A stretch of 62,961 nt of DNA, filler included, from Octopus bimaculoides (taxonomy: Eukaryota), in NCBI RefSeq assembly GCF_001194135.2. It is 6 parts of 4 records of this genome, joined end to end, with 100 filler letters (N's around TTAATTAATTAA, not from the genome) between each part and the next. Parts side by side here need not be neighbours in the genome. Positions count along the whole stretch, not along the records: positions 1 to 9,656 come from NC_068985.1; positions 9,757 to 24,220 come from NC_068982.1; 4 more parts are not named here. One strand, written 5' to 3'. A model generated the notes under the pieces. The model searched no databases. It was not told the DNA's origin and saw only the letters and a program-made list of their open reading frames with translations. The position numbers and the translations under genes are program-made. Each line of letters begins with the position of its first letter. The first letter of the stretch is position 1. Of the stretch, positions 1 to 12,059 are shown in pieces.

Positions 1-308
1 CTTTGTAAGCCTAATACTTATTCTATCGGTCTCTTTTGCCGAAACGCTAAGTTACGGGGACGTAAACACACGAGCATCGGTTGTCAAGCGATGTTGGGGG
101 AACAAACACAGACACACAAACATATACACACACATACACATATATATATACATATATACGACGGGCATCTTTCAGTTTCCGTCTGCCAAATCCACTCACA
201 ATGCTTTGGTCGGCCCGAGGCTATAGTAGAAGACACTTGCCCAAGGTGCCATGTGCCCAATGTGCCACTTACCCATGTGGTGGGTAAGCAAGCTACTTAC
301 CACACAGC
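1..308 (-). mobile_element. tRNA-headed SINE, family A (CORE-like body), 3' end cut by window edge
   Basis: Minus strand reads GTGGTAAGTAGCTTGCTT...GGCACCTTGGGCAAGTGTCTTCTACTATAGCC (CORE-like), then an internal TA/CA tract and the family tail; many related copies in this window. Confidence 0.85.
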
Positions 309-385
309 TAATATATATGTAGGTATGTATATGTATGTATGTATGTATAAATATATATATATATATATGTATGCATGAATGTGTG

Positions 386-428
<43 letters not shown>

Positions 429-537
429 ATGTGTGTATATGTGTGTGTGTGTGTATGTACATATATATACATATATGGAAAAATATATACCCTTACATTT
501 TCATATAATATGAAAATGCAAGGGTATATCTTTTTCT

Positions 538-621
538 ATCTCCGATGAGATTCAACTTTAAAAGGTTTTTAATTATACTAATTATTTTCTAAAGTCTTGA
601 ATCGAAACAGCTGTCGGAGAT
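538..621 (+). ncRNA. Hammerhead-like fold (type I, CCGAUGA core variant)
   Basis: CCGATGA 542-548; stem II GATTCAA/TTGAATC (549-555/597-603); GAAA 604-607; palindromic ACAGCTGT stem III; GUC 613-615; stem I only about 3 bp in the active register. Confidence 0.45.
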
Positions 622-1025
622 GATGTCCAATTTGTGTGTTTTCTGTACTCTGGTTATTATTATTTTCTTGTCTACGTTTTATTTGCAATGTCCTGTACCC
701 AGATATGCACCTATATATACAGGTAGACGTAGGTAGGCACATACCTGTACGTATATATGCATATACTCATTTATTATTTGCTTTATNNNNNNNNNNNNNN
801 NNNNNNNNNNNNNNNNNNNNNNNNNNNNNNNNNNNNNNNNNNNNNNNNNNNNNNNNNNNNNNNNNNNNNNNNNNNNNNNNNNNNNNNNNNNNNNNNNNNN
901 NNNNNNNNNNNNNNNNNNNNNNNNNNNNNNNNNNNNNNNNNNNNNNNNNNNNNNNNNNNNNNNNNNNNNNNNNNNNNNNNNNNNNNNNNNNNNNNNNNNN
1001 NNNTATATATATATATATATATATA

Positions 1026-1190
1026 GGCGTGGCTGTGGAGTAAGAAGCTTGCTTCCCAACTACATGGTTCCTGGTTCAGTCCCACTATGTGGCACCTTGG
1101 GGGAAAGTGTTTCTACTATAGCCTTAGGCCTACCAAAGCCTTGTGGGTGGTTTTGGCAGAAGGAAACTGAAAGAAGCCGTCGGACATATA
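1026..1190 (+). mobile_element. SINE family A, 5' portion
   Basis: GGCGTGGCTGTGGAGTAAGAAGCTTGCTT...GGTTCAGTCCC...GGCACCTTGGG matches the head and CORE-like part of other copies. Confidence 0.8.
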
Positions 1191-1385
1191 TATAATTTGG
1201 ACAAATAAGTATAAGTCGATTAGTGTGTTTAAATGTTGAGTAGAGCACCGGCACAGTTTAGGCTACCTATTGTCAGCCGCAGTTGTGGTGCACTTCCGTT
1301 GGATCTATTTCAGGAACTTCGCAGTTGCAGTTAGGGTAATAATATTAATTAACAGGAGATGAATTCGGTATTAAATCTTTATTGG

Positions 1386-1430
1386 ATACAACATATATTT
1401 CGACCCATCAATCTGAGTCTCATCAGGTAC
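1386..1430 (-). ncRNA. Minimal type I hammerhead ribozyme fold
   Basis: Minus strand: GTAC-CTGATGA-GACTC-agattgat-GGGTC-GAAA-TATAT-GTT-GTAT; canonical core, GUU site, U.G wobble in stem III. Confidence 0.65.
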
Positions 1431-1511
1431 ATCAATAAAGATATGTCTCATTACAGATTTTTAGTGTCGAGTGGACACTATAAATCTGTAGGGAGATATA
1501 TATTTATCGAT

Positions 1512-1559
1512 GTACCTGATGAGACTCAGACTGATGGGTCGAAACATATTATGCTGTAC
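1512..1559 (+). ncRNA. Minimal type I hammerhead fold with mutated cleavage triplet
   Basis: GTAC-CTGATGA-GACTC-agactgat-GGGTC-GAAA-CATATTATGCT-GTAC; NUH position reads GCT, so probably inactive. Confidence 0.5.
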
Positions 1560-1613
1560 CCAATAAAGATTTAATACCGAATCCACCTGTTAATTAATAT
1601 TATGTATATACAT

Positions 1614-1756
1614 AAGGCGGCGAATTGGTAGATACGTTAGCACGCCGGGCGAAATGCTTAGCGATATTTCGTCTGTCTTTGTTCTGAGTTCAAATTTCGC
1701 CGAGGTCGACTTTGCCTTTCATCCTTTCGGGGTCGATGAATTAAATACCAGTTGAC
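1614..1756 (+). mobile_element. tRNA-headed SINE, family B
   Basis: GGCGGCGAATTGGTAGA...GTTCTGAGTTCAAAT...GAGGTCGACTTTGCCTTTCATCCTTTCGGGGTCGAT; the body resembles the Deu/Nin-type SINE domain (from memory, unverified). Confidence 0.85.
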
Positions 1757-2099
1757 CTAGGCGAGGTAATGTAGATCCCTTCCTCTCTCTCTCTCTCTCT
1801 CTCTGGTGAATTACATAATCACTTTATTAACTGTAGAAAGCGGGATCCTAAGTCCACTGTCAGATTGACCCACAATATGGCCTCTTTGAAATTCGGACAA
1901 GTTCCCAGGCTTTTTTTTTGTATGTGGCATGATTAAACACTTACATATAGAACCTGAAACATAAAAGTGACAATTAATAAAAATATATATATAAACCTTT
2001 TTAGGTTAAAATACTTCTGTTGTGTCTGCGTCAGTGTATATATGTATATGTATGTATGTATGTATTATGTATTAAGTATGTATGTGTACACACACACAC

Positions 2100-2139
<40 letters not shown>

Positions 2140-2417
2140 ACAATGTTTTATAGCTGTGTGTGATGTACTTTGAGAATCATTCCTCCGAAAGCAAAAAATA
2201 ATTTTTTCACGTCCTCTCGTTATTTGTTGATGGTATTTGTTGTCATGGATCTCTTAGCTTAATGGTACAGAGATCTCAGCCGGAATTTCAGTGGTACAGG
2301 GCTTGGTTCACTGTAGCAGCTTCTTGCTGGCCATATTTTCCTATCTTCTAACTGTATTCCCCAATCTTCTAAGCTGTTTTCACAGTTATTCGCATTCGAG
2401 ATTTACTTTATTTTCTG

Positions 2418-2456
<39 letters not shown>

Positions 2457-3949
2457 NNNNNNNNNNNNNNNNNNNNNNNNNNNNNNNNNNNNNNNNNNNN
2501 NNNNNNNNNNNNNNNNNNNNNNNNNNNNNNNNNNNNNNNNNNNNNNNNNNNNNNNNNNNNNNNNNNNNNNNNNNNNNNNNNNNNNNNNNNNNNNNNNNNN
2601 NNNNNNNNNNNNNNNNNNNNNNNNNNNNNNNNNNNNNNNNNNNNNNNNNNNNNNNNNNNNNNNNNNNNNNNNNNNNNNNNNNNNNNNNNNNNNNNNNNNN
2701 NNNNNNNNNNNNNNNNNNNNNNNNNNNNNNNNNNNNNNNNNNNNNNNNNNNNNNNNNNNNNNNNNNNNNNNNNNNNNNNNNNNNNNNNNNNNNNNNNNNN
2801 NNNNNNNNNNNNNNNNNNNNNNNNNNNNNNNNNNNNNNNNNNNNNNNNNNNNNNNNNNNNNNNNNNNNNNNNNNNNNNNNNNNNNNNNNNNNNNNNNNNN
2901 NNNNNNNNNNNNNNNNNNNNNNNNNNNNNNNNNNNNNNNNNNNNNNNNNNNNNNNNNNATATATATATATATATATATATAGTGGAAGCAGAGTTAGAGG
3001 TTATAATAACCGACTAAGGGATAAAATATCCGTATATACTATCGGTATCTGTTACCCGTATTATCCCCGGGTATTGGTGTGCAGGTACACCATGCACGTA
3101 GAGTGCCGGTAGCAACAGGATAAACAAGAGTTTATCAAGAACCAATGCAAATAATCAGAAAATGGAGAAAACCTTCGATTAACAAACATATCGATTGGAA
3201 CACATTTATAGATAAGTTTTTAATATAAAGCATGACATAACAAATCGGTGACGTAACATATCTTACAGCCGTTTCCGATCCGTTGCCAAAATGCTGTCTA
3301 TAAATAAATGCGAGAATAAAGTTCTTCATCTTCATAAGACATTCGAATTGAGGCACGGAGCTTCATCAGAGCAAAAAACAAGAGCATACAATATAAACAA
3401 AGGGAAGAAGGAAAAAGAAAGAAAACATGACCTAGACAAAAATTCTAAAAGCTCAATATATTAAAAGCATGTAATTTACCATCTAGGGGCTACGAGAGTG
3501 AGCTAGTAATGGTTTAGGGAATACTACAAGTTATTAACGGGTAGATGCCATTTAAAAGGGGGAGGCCATGTTGTTTTTTTTTTAAAGTTATCAAGAAAAT
3601 GCATATAAGGAAAATACTAACATAATTATCAAAGGGCGGTACCTGTGCTAACGAAGTAAACTCAAGTAAATGTAAACAATTACCCTAGGGGGCTTAAGAA
3701 AATTTACTCACAGAAATTATTACCGAGAATCATGCCTATGGTCCACAATGGGGCAAGTCTAACTCCAGTGGTCTCTTACAATTGGTCAGTTACAATTTGA
3801 ACCGAGGTCACAAGTTAAAACCGTTACGATGGATTGGTCTATAAAATAAACAAGAAAAGAAAAAAGTTCCGGGGAAGAAGTCAATGATATATAAATATCA
3901 CCATATTTTCAAACACTGATGTCGCTAATAGCCAATGTATGTATGTCCT

Positions 3950-4154
3950 TTAACTTTTGGTTGTCTCAGTCATTGAATTGCAGCCATGCTGGGGCACCAC
4001 CGTGTAGGGTTTAGTCGAACAAGTCGACTCCAGTGCTTATTTCTCTGAAGCCTTGTACTTTCTATCGGTTTCTTTTGGCGGAACCGCTAAATTAAGGGGA
4101 CGTAAACAAACCAACACCGGTTTTCAAGCGGAGGTTGGAGAGAAACAAAAGCAC
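3950..4154 (-). mobile_element. SINE family A tail
   Basis: Matches family A tail (CAGTCATT...GCCATGCTGGGGCACC...GGGGACGTAAAC); runs into an N gap at its internal microsatellite. Confidence 0.75.
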
Positions 4155-4819
4155 NNNNNNNNNNNNNNNNNNNNNNNNNNNNNNNNNNNNNNNNNNNNNN
4201 NNNNNNNNNNNNNNNNNNNNNNNNNNNNNNNNNNNNNNNNNNNNNNNNNNNNNNNNNNNNNNNNNNNNNNNNNNNNNNNNNNNNNNNNNNNNNNNNNNCA
4301 CACACGCACATACATATCTTCTGTCTTGATTCTGGATTATTTGAACCATTTCATAAACCGAATGATCATATTAAGTACATTAACGTAGCATCCAACCATC
4401 CACCCTCAATTGTACGGGGACTAGTTAAGAATATTTCTACTAGAATTTCGAGATTATCTGCTACCAGTAAAATTTTCGAATCTCATGCATCTTATTATAA
4501 TGATGCTCTAGGCTAAGGCTGGGTACCTTGATAGAATTCAATATATATACAAGATGCAGGCTTAAGCAACGCTGGTAATTCCTTCAACTGCGATACACAT
4601 CGTATGCCACCACAACGTTACTGTTTAAGAAATTTACTCGGATAAAGAATACCGGCTAGAAGGTATTGGTCATGTCAATGATCTACGAAAGAAAACTCAT
4701 AGACACATGTGACATAGTAATTCATATGCTTGTTCCAATTCTGTAGAACACACGAGATCAAATAAACCTAATAACAAATATAAGAATCAGGATGTTCTAA
4801 CCCTAACCCAATTTTCGGT

Positions 4820-5563
4820 TTGCATGTTTCGACCAGAATCGATGGAAAATTTTTTGCTGCTTTCGACAAGTGTTTTCCTAAATCTAATCGGTACCATGCT
4901 ACTTTTAATCGGCACACCGTGAAGGTATCCTACGCTAACGCTGCTAATTTGGAACAGTTTATGCATCGCATAAACAATAGCAAAATGCGACAAAGGTTCA
5001 ATAACCCACCTACTGGATATAGCAAGCATTTACATCTAAATGCCAACCAAGTAGATGTAGACTGCATTGATAATCATCAACTTCGACCAATTTGTAGTAG
5101 TAGAAATACTCATGGTACAGCTAGCACGATAACAACGCCGGTAAATGAAGTCAGGACTGCTTTATGTACAAATAAAAACGATAAATGCTCATGCATGGAT
5201 AAATCAAAATGTCCTCTGATGAATCTCCATATGAGTACAAATCTTGTATATACATGTACCGTGCACACAAGGGGCGGGCCCTATGTTTACATTGGGCAGA
5301 CTGCTGATTCGTTTAAGAATCGTTATCATAATCATGTTGCCAGCTTTAGATCAAGCAATAAGAGGCATTCGACATCTTTGGCAGATTTTATATGGCGACA
5401 GAAGGAGACTAATACGAAATATTACATTACTTGGTCCATAGTTAGACATGCAAAACCATACAGTGCAATTTCCAGGAGATGCCGTCTCTGCTGCGAGGAA
5501 TCCCTGTCTATTCTGTGGATTAACGAAAAGATACTTAATAGAATTTCTGAAAGACTATCGTGA
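4820..5563 (+). pseudogene. Penelope-like linker plus GIY-YIG endonuclease; part of a frameshifted RT-EN ORF spanning about 4325-5600
   Basis: CFPKSNRYHATFNRHTVKVSY linker; CSC...CPL; LVY..(x)..VYIGQT; FKNRYHNHVASF; RCRLC; continues past the TGA as CLHAYK. Confidence 0.9.
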
Positions 5564-6035
5564 TGCCTACACGCATATAAATGTACTTTCGCACAATGCA
5601 GTGAGAATGAATTTTGAGTAACCGTTAACTTAGTGTAATTTTATTTTATTTTACTTTAAGGTATCAATGACTTAAATTTACTTTAAACCTCCCCGTTCTT
5701 CTAAACACCTACTAAATATCTAACTCGCTTTGTAGTTATGAGAGCGCCTAACCTCGCGTGTGCGTATGCTCACATTTTTGCTAATGCTTGTATGAGCGTG
5801 TGTACTCGTGCCATGCTACTTGCCCGGGGGCGTTTATACATCCATATCGGTTAACAGTTATTTTCAATACTTTTCTCACTGGATTAAGTGTTCGTTTCTC
5901 TTTTTGTCTTCTGCAATTTTATTTTTGGATCTTCTATATATATGAAGAATTTTCTTCCATCTGGCTGTTTTTCTCTCTGCAAAACGGAAAGCTGCATTAT
6001 GGAACAGTCATTTTAACGAGATTTTTTATTTATTT

Positions 6036-6139
6036 ATCATCCGACGAGATACGTCTGCACCACCGGATGCTCCTGAACCAGTTTTTGTGTGTTCCACAAG
6101 TGGAGTCGATGCTAGATGTGTCGAAACAATTGTTGTGAT
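6036..6139 (+). ncRNA. Type I hammerhead fold (CCGACGA core variant) in the Penelope 3' UTR
   Basis: Stem I ATCAT/GTGAT; CCGACGA 6041-6047; 9-bp stem II GATACGTCT/AGATGTGTC; GAAA 6123-6126; palindromic ACAATTGT; GUU 6132-6134. Confidence 0.65.
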
Positions 6140-6183
6140 TAATCATATATTCTCGTATATTCCATCTTCTGTCTTTCATTTGT

Positions 6184-6213
<30 letters not shown>

Positions 6214-6214
<1 letters not shown>

Positions 6215-6420
6215 TTTACTTGTTTCAGTCATTAGTCTGCGGCCATGCTAGGGTACCGCCTTGAACTTTTAGTTGAATGAATTGACCCCATTACTTACAT
6301 TTAAAGCCTGGTACTTATTCCATCGGTCTTTGGCTGAACCGCTAAGTTTAGGGTACGTAAACACGCCAACACCGGTTGTCAAGTAGTGATGGTGGGAGAC
6401 AAACATAGACACGCACACAC
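6214..6420 (-). mobile_element. SINE family A tail
   Basis: CTTTTACTTGTTTCAGTCATT...GCGGCCATGCT...CCGGTTGTCAAG family tail. Confidence 0.8.
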
Positions 6421-6423
6421 ACA

Positions 6424-6455
6424 CAGATAGATAGATAGATAGATAGGTAGATAGG

Positions 6456-6502
<47 letters not shown>

Positions 6503-6583
6503 GCAGGCAGGCAGACAGACAGACAGACATACAGTCAGCCAGCCAGACAGACAGTCAGTCAGACAGACAGACAGACAGTCAGC

Positions 6584-6627
<44 letters not shown>
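6424..6627. repeat. (GATA)n/(GACA)n compound microsatellite
   Basis: Direct reading. Confidence 0.95.
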
Positions 6628-7124
6628 CGGGCAGACATTTCCACACATCTATTTACATACAAACACATACATATGCATACAAAGTTAAAAACATCTTACA
6701 CAAGTCACAAGATATAGGAAAAAATAATAAAAAAGGAAGAAAATGCACAATACCTCTGTATTGTAATTAGTTAAATTATATCAAAAATACGTAATTATAG
6801 TTTCATGGAATAATATATTTTGAAATAATTTCATTAAATACCGTTCAAAAAGAATTGTAAATTTTTATTGTCATCATATATGTGTGTGCGCACGTACGTG
6901 TATGTGTGTGTATTGATAGATGTAGGGAATGGAGAATGTAAATCCGTACAACATATGTTTCCAAGAAAAGCTGAGTATGCGTTACGTAACTTAAGTTACA
7001 TAAAACATATTCAGCTTTTCTTAGAAGCGTATGTAGTACTGATTCCCATTTTCCATTTCCAACATCCTTTAATTTATAATTGCATAATAAGCAATCTTTG
7101 TTGCTAAGCCGTGTGTTATATAGT

Positions 7125-7518
7125 GGTGGTTGTTATTGATGGCACTCCGTCGCTTACGACGTCGAGGGTTCCAGTTGATCCGATCAACGGAACAGCCTGC
7201 TCGTGAAATTAACGTGCGAGTGGCTGAGCACTCCACAGACACGTGTACCCTTAACGTAGTTCTCGGGGATATTCAGCGTGACACAGTGTGACAAGGCTGA
7301 CCCTTTGAATTACAGGCGCAACAGAAACAGGAAGTAAGAGTGAGAGAAAGTTGTGGTGAAAGAGTACAGCAGGGTTCGCCACCATCCCCTGCCGGAGCCT
7401 CGTGGAGCTTTAGGCGTTTTCGCTCAATAAACACTCACAACGTCCGGTCTGGGAATCGAAACCGCGATTCTATGACCGCGAGCCTGCTGCCCTAACCACT
7501 GGGCCATTGCGCTTCCAC
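7125..7518 (-). mobile_element. tRNA-headed SINE, family C, full length
   Basis: Reverse complement of the copies at 26816 and 59306; head GCGCAATGGCCCAGTGGTTAGGGCAGC...GGTTTCGATTCCC, tail CGACGGAGTGCCA. Confidence 0.9.
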
Positions 7519-7735
7519 ATAGTGGTGGTAAACTTATCAAAATCACCATATAATTCGATATCGGATGAAGTGTATAACATACGTTGATAAATAAGCTTTC
7601 CTGATCGAATATCATCTGCTTTATGTCCTCTACACACGCTGTGTATATGCTTGATACCAATTGCTTGTACCAAGATATTTTCGGATTGCACTATTCTTTT
7701 CCATTGTGTCCAAATTCGTTTAACTAAATCATCTT

Positions 7736-7774
<39 letters not shown>

Positions 7775-7870
7775 GAAATTGCAAATGTCATCACAAACAA
7801 AATATGAATACTCGATATCATGTGGTTGTATTAAATATAGACGTCTTCATGCACGCTCGCACGCTCACGC

Positions 7871-7910
<40 letters not shown>

Positions 7911-8519
7911 TCTTTAATTCATTAATTCTTACTAATACAGACGATCTATAGTTTTCTTATTTTGTTGTATTCGAAACAAATAGAATCAATTCTGAACTAT
8001 ATGCAGAGTTTGGAATGTTCATAGCTTTACGTTTCTACTCTCCTTTCAGAAATTTGCTCAGCATTGTTCCATTTGTGACCATCACGTTTAGAACTTGAAG
8101 CACACAGTACCGCTGTAGAAAATGGGTGTATATTTAAATATGTCCTTTTTCCACGGTGATTCTATGGGATTTACGGAAAATGGGAAACTTTGACTTCTAT
8201 TTTTGGCTGACCTAGCGACCATCTACAAGCTCACTAGTTTTAGAATGCACAACGTAACTCGATAGCTGAAATACTTCCTTATTTAGAATTGTTCTATCAA
8301 ATAATGACTAATTTGAATAACAATTATAATAATCTCGGTGGGAAATTCTCGGCAATTAGCCTACTAAGATAAATGCCATGTATTGACTACCGAGTCGGCT
8401 CACCTTCCAGAAATAGCAACCAAATCTACCCTACTGCCTTAAATTAGTCATATGAGGGAGGGGAAATGCAACGTAGGAGCGTCCTACATACTATATAGAA
8501 ATAAGGTCTCTGTCGTTGT

Positions 8520-8760
8520 GGAAGACGTGTGACCTAGTGATTAGAGTGCTATACAGTCGCAAGGTCGTGGTTTCGATTCCCGGATCAAGTGGTGCCTTTT
8601 GTTCTTGAGACAAACGCTTCATTTCACGTTACTCCAGCTGACTCGGCTGAAAATTAGTAACCCTACAACGGACTGGCGTCCCACACAGGAGCCATACTCC
8701 GATCTTGGTTACTTATACGTCATAGAAACTGAGTAACTGGCTCTTTGAGTCCTAGCCTCC
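8520..8760 (+). mobile_element. Old tRNA-headed CORE-type SINE
   Basis: A box GTGACCTAGTGATTAG, B box GGTTTCGATTCCC, CORE-like TTCTTGAGACAAAC...TTTCACGTTACTCCAG, then ACCCTACAACGGACTGGCGTCCC. Confidence 0.6.
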
Positions 8761-8974
8761 AGACAGTACCTATCTATTTTACTCAGTCTATTCTACGACT
8801 ATTTTAGCCCAATGTTCTACCAATTCTCTATCTACCAATTTCTTTCACCTATCCAGAATTCGTTTTTAGTAGGAACTTGGTGAAATTCTGCGAAATTAAT
8901 CCCAGTATTTGACTGATAATTTTATTATCAAACTGGAAGGCAACACTTCGGTTTATACTTTGTTCAATAGTCAG

Positions 8975-9290
8975 AAAGACGCGTGGCTTAGCGGCTAGGG
9001 TATTCGGCTCACGATCGGAAAGTCGTAAGTTCGATTCCTGGCGGCGCGGTGTGTTCTTGAGCAAGATACTTTATTTCACTTTGCTCCATACCTGACAAAA
9101 ATGAGCTGTACCAGTAATACAAAGGGCCAGCCTTGTCACATTCGGTGTCACGCTGAATCTCCCTGAAAGCTATTTTAAAGGTATGCGTGTCTGTGGAGTG
9201 CTCAGCCACGTGCACGTTAATTTCGCGATCAGGCAGTTCCGTTAATCGAATCGAATGGAACCTTCGTCGTCGTAACCGACGGAGTACCAT
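8975..9290 (+). mobile_element. SINE with a CORE-like body and a family C tail
   Basis: tRNA-like head plus GTGTTCTTGAGCAAGATACTTTATTTCAC, then AAAGGGCCAGCCTTGTCAC...CGACGGAGTACCA shared with family C. Confidence 0.8.
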
Positions 9291-9656
9291 TTTAGTCACG
9301 AAAAGAAAAGTATCTATGATCTTGACGAGCTTGCCAGGTAGGTCAGATGATCCAGTGAGGGGAATCACAGAGTATGACGATCCACCTAAATACCACAAGG
9401 TAGTCTACGTGATCTCCTACTGATTCTACTATCTATATCTCGAACAATAATTCTTTCAAATTTTTTGGCGCAAAACCAGTAATGTTCGGGGGGATAGGGT
9501 TAGTTGATTACATCGACCCCAGTTATTAACTTGTACTTTATTTTATCGACTCCGAGAGAATGCAAGGCAAAGTTGACCTAAGAGGGAACATCTTTGAACT
9601 TATTTCCTTTAATACCTCGAATGTAAGTTCTCTTCCCTGAAGACGGAGGCTCGTCT

Positions 9657-9756
9657 NNNNNNNNNNNNNNNNNNNNNNNNNNNNNNNNNNNNNNNNNNNN
9701 TTAATTAATTAANNNNNNNNNNNNNNNNNNNNNNNNNNNNNNNNNNNNNNNNNNNN
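9657..9756. other. Artificial scaffold join N44-TTAATTAATTAA-N44
   Basis: Exactly 100 nt; the 12-mer puts stops in all six frames; five identical instances. Confidence 0.95.
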
Positions 9757-10239
9757 TATATATAAATATATATAATACTATATTATATATATATAATAAT
9801 AAAAGGTGACAACAAAAGAATGAGACCGCGATGTTAGGTAAATAGAGAATATTTATATATGTTTAGTTTAGGACGAGTAAATTGTCATAAGAGTACTCGG
9901 AGTGCATTCGCTTTTCACGCGGAAACAGCTGCTCGAATTAGTTCCATACTTGGGATGCATGAATAATTTGACCTTGAATACATAATATGGTCTTCAGTTT
10001 ATTTTTTTATCGATAATATATAATATTGCTTTACTGGTGCTTAAGTCCTCGTATGCAAAAGTTTCGATAAGAGAGAGAGAGTAGCAGAATAAGAATTAGG
10101 CTTAAAAAAATAAGCCCTGGGGTGGATTTGTTAAAAAATAACTGAAATAAATATTCTTTTGCATACATGCTCACTTCTATACATGCGCATGTATTTTTAA
10201 ACACACACGCACGCACGCACGCATATACTGTTATATATT

Positions 10240-10430
10240 CTTTTCTACTCTAGGCACAAGGTTCGAAATTTTTTGGAGGAGCGAACCTGTTGATTAGATC
10301 GACCCCAGTACGTAATTGGTACTTAATTTATCAATCTCGAAAAACAAAGTCGACCTCAGCGGAATTTGAACTCAAAACGTAAAGACAGACGAAATAGCGC
10401 TAAGAATTTTGCCCGGCGTGCTAAAGGCGT
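10240..10430 (-). mobile_element. SINE family B
   Basis: GTCGACCTCAGCGGAATTTGAACTCA...GCCCGGCGTGCTAA is the reverse complement of the family B head and body. Confidence 0.8.
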
Positions 10431-11088
10431 GCTAATATATATATATATATATCTGTAAACACACACACACACACACACANNNNNNNNNNNNNNNNNNNNN
10501 NNNNNNNNNNNNNNNNNNNNNNNNNNNNNNNNNNNNNNNNNNNNNNNNNNNNNNNNNNNNNNNNNNNNNNNNNNNNNNNNNNNNNNNNNNNNNNNNNNNN
10601 NNNNNNNNNNNNNNNNNNNNNNNNNNNNNNNNNNNNNNNNNNNNNNNNNNNNNNNNNNNNNNNNNNNNNNNNNNNNNNNNNNNNNNNNNNNNNNNNNNNN
10701 NNNNNNNNNNNNNNNNNNNNNNNNNNNNNNNNNNNNNNNNNNNNNNNNNNNNNNNNNNNNNNNNNNNNNNNNNNNNNNNNNNNNNNNNNNNNNNNNNNNN
10801 NNNNNNNNNNNNNNNNNNNNNNNNNNNNNNNNNNNNNNNNNNNNNNNNNNNNNNNNNNNNNNNNNNNNNNNNNNNNNNNNNNNNNNNNNNNNNNNNNNNN
10901 NNNNNNNNNNNNNNNNNNNNNNNNNNNNNNNNNNNNNNNNNNNNNNNNNNNNNNNNNNNNNNNNNNNNNNNNNNNNNNNNNNNTATATATATTTATTCAT
11001 AAATATATGCATAAATACATATACATTTTATGCACATGTAAACCAATATATATATATATATATCTGTAAACACACACACACACACACA

Positions 11089-11165
<77 letters not shown>

Positions 11166-11660
11166 ATGTATGTCAATATTCAGTTCAAGATTTCTTGCCA
11201 ATAGAGAAAGAACCGGTTTCTAACCAGGATCCAGTGTTCCTTCATTGGAATCTCAACATCGACACCAGGGTGTTTTCGTATGTATGTATGTATGTATGTA
11301 TGTATGTATGTATGTATGCATGTATATGTGCAGATTTGTATGTTTTATGTATGTATTCTCATGTATATAGTTGCATGCTCATATATATTTAAATGAAAAA
11401 AATTTGGAAAGCTTTACAGATTTTTACAGTTCCAGTGATGGATTGGAACTGTTGTCTTCGAATTAGCTTTCTGCTTTCTGGTTATAAGAAACCTAATTTC
11501 TCACGACTGGTATTTGGGTAGTGTGGTACATATCCCAGGGCCCCCCAAATTACATGTATGTATGCATTCATGTCTGTATGTATGATTTGTGTATATGTAT
11601 GTATGTGTATAAATCTCCATATATATACATACATAAATATGTACATAGATAGATTAATAC

Positions 11661-12059
11661 ATAGACAGACAGACACTGTGTCAATTTGATGTACACACAT
11701 GGTTGCCTACATTTTGAAATGTGTAACGTTTTAGATACTGCTTCTGGAGTTAAGACTGACAGGGTTTCATAACCTAAAGAGTGTATATGGGATGTTGATG
11801 TTCCATCATGTTGATATTACTCAAGCGAGTGAAGAATCGCTGAGAGTGGAGATAAAATAAGACATTTTACGAGTAAATTGCTCTCAGCGATTTTTCATTC
11901 GCTTGAGTAATATCAATATGATGAAACATCCCATATTACACTCTTTATGTTATAAAACCCTGTTTGCTGTCCCTGTTAACTCCAGAGGCAGTAGCTAAAA
12001 TGTTCCACACTTCAAAATGTAGGGATCCATGTGTGTACATCCAGTTGACACACTGTCTG

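Larger units (their letters stand above)
1339..1603. repeat. About 265-bp imperfect palindrome made of two inverted Penelope-like terminal units
   Basis: Arms of about 130 bp are reverse complements, centred on GTGTC-GAGTG-GACAC (about 1464-1478); each arm carries a hammerhead motif. Confidence 0.9.
4325..6185 (+). mobile_element. 5'-truncated Penelope-like element (RT C-terminal part, GIY-YIG endonuclease, 3' UTR with hammerhead)
   Basis: From 4325: LDSGLFEPFHKPNDHIKYINVASNHPPSIVRGLVKNISTRISRLS, typical of the PLE RT C-terminal region; then linker and endonuclease; ends in a (TA)n tract. Confidence 0.9.

Noticed and set aside
3262-3372. Minus-strand CTGATGA...GAAACGGCTGTA hammerhead
   Set aside because: Stem I has only 2 bp and the base of stem II is mismatched; at best a decayed relic
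5561-5563. In-frame TGA near the end of the PLE endonuclease as selenocysteine (known in some Naiad PLEs)
   Set aside because: It precedes rather than replaces the conserved Cys. The element has C-terminal EN (not Naiad order) and is otherwise frameshifted, so this is an ordinary nonsense mutation
9701-9712. Recurring TTAATTAATTAA as a biological motif or CRISPR-like repeat
   Set aside because: Always centred in exactly 44+44 N; it is a synthetic linker. No CRISPR array or cas gene is present
10433-11110. Duplicated ATATCTGTAAACACAC segment on both sides of a gap
   Set aside because: Short, low-complexity and gap-flanking; most likely redundant contig ends
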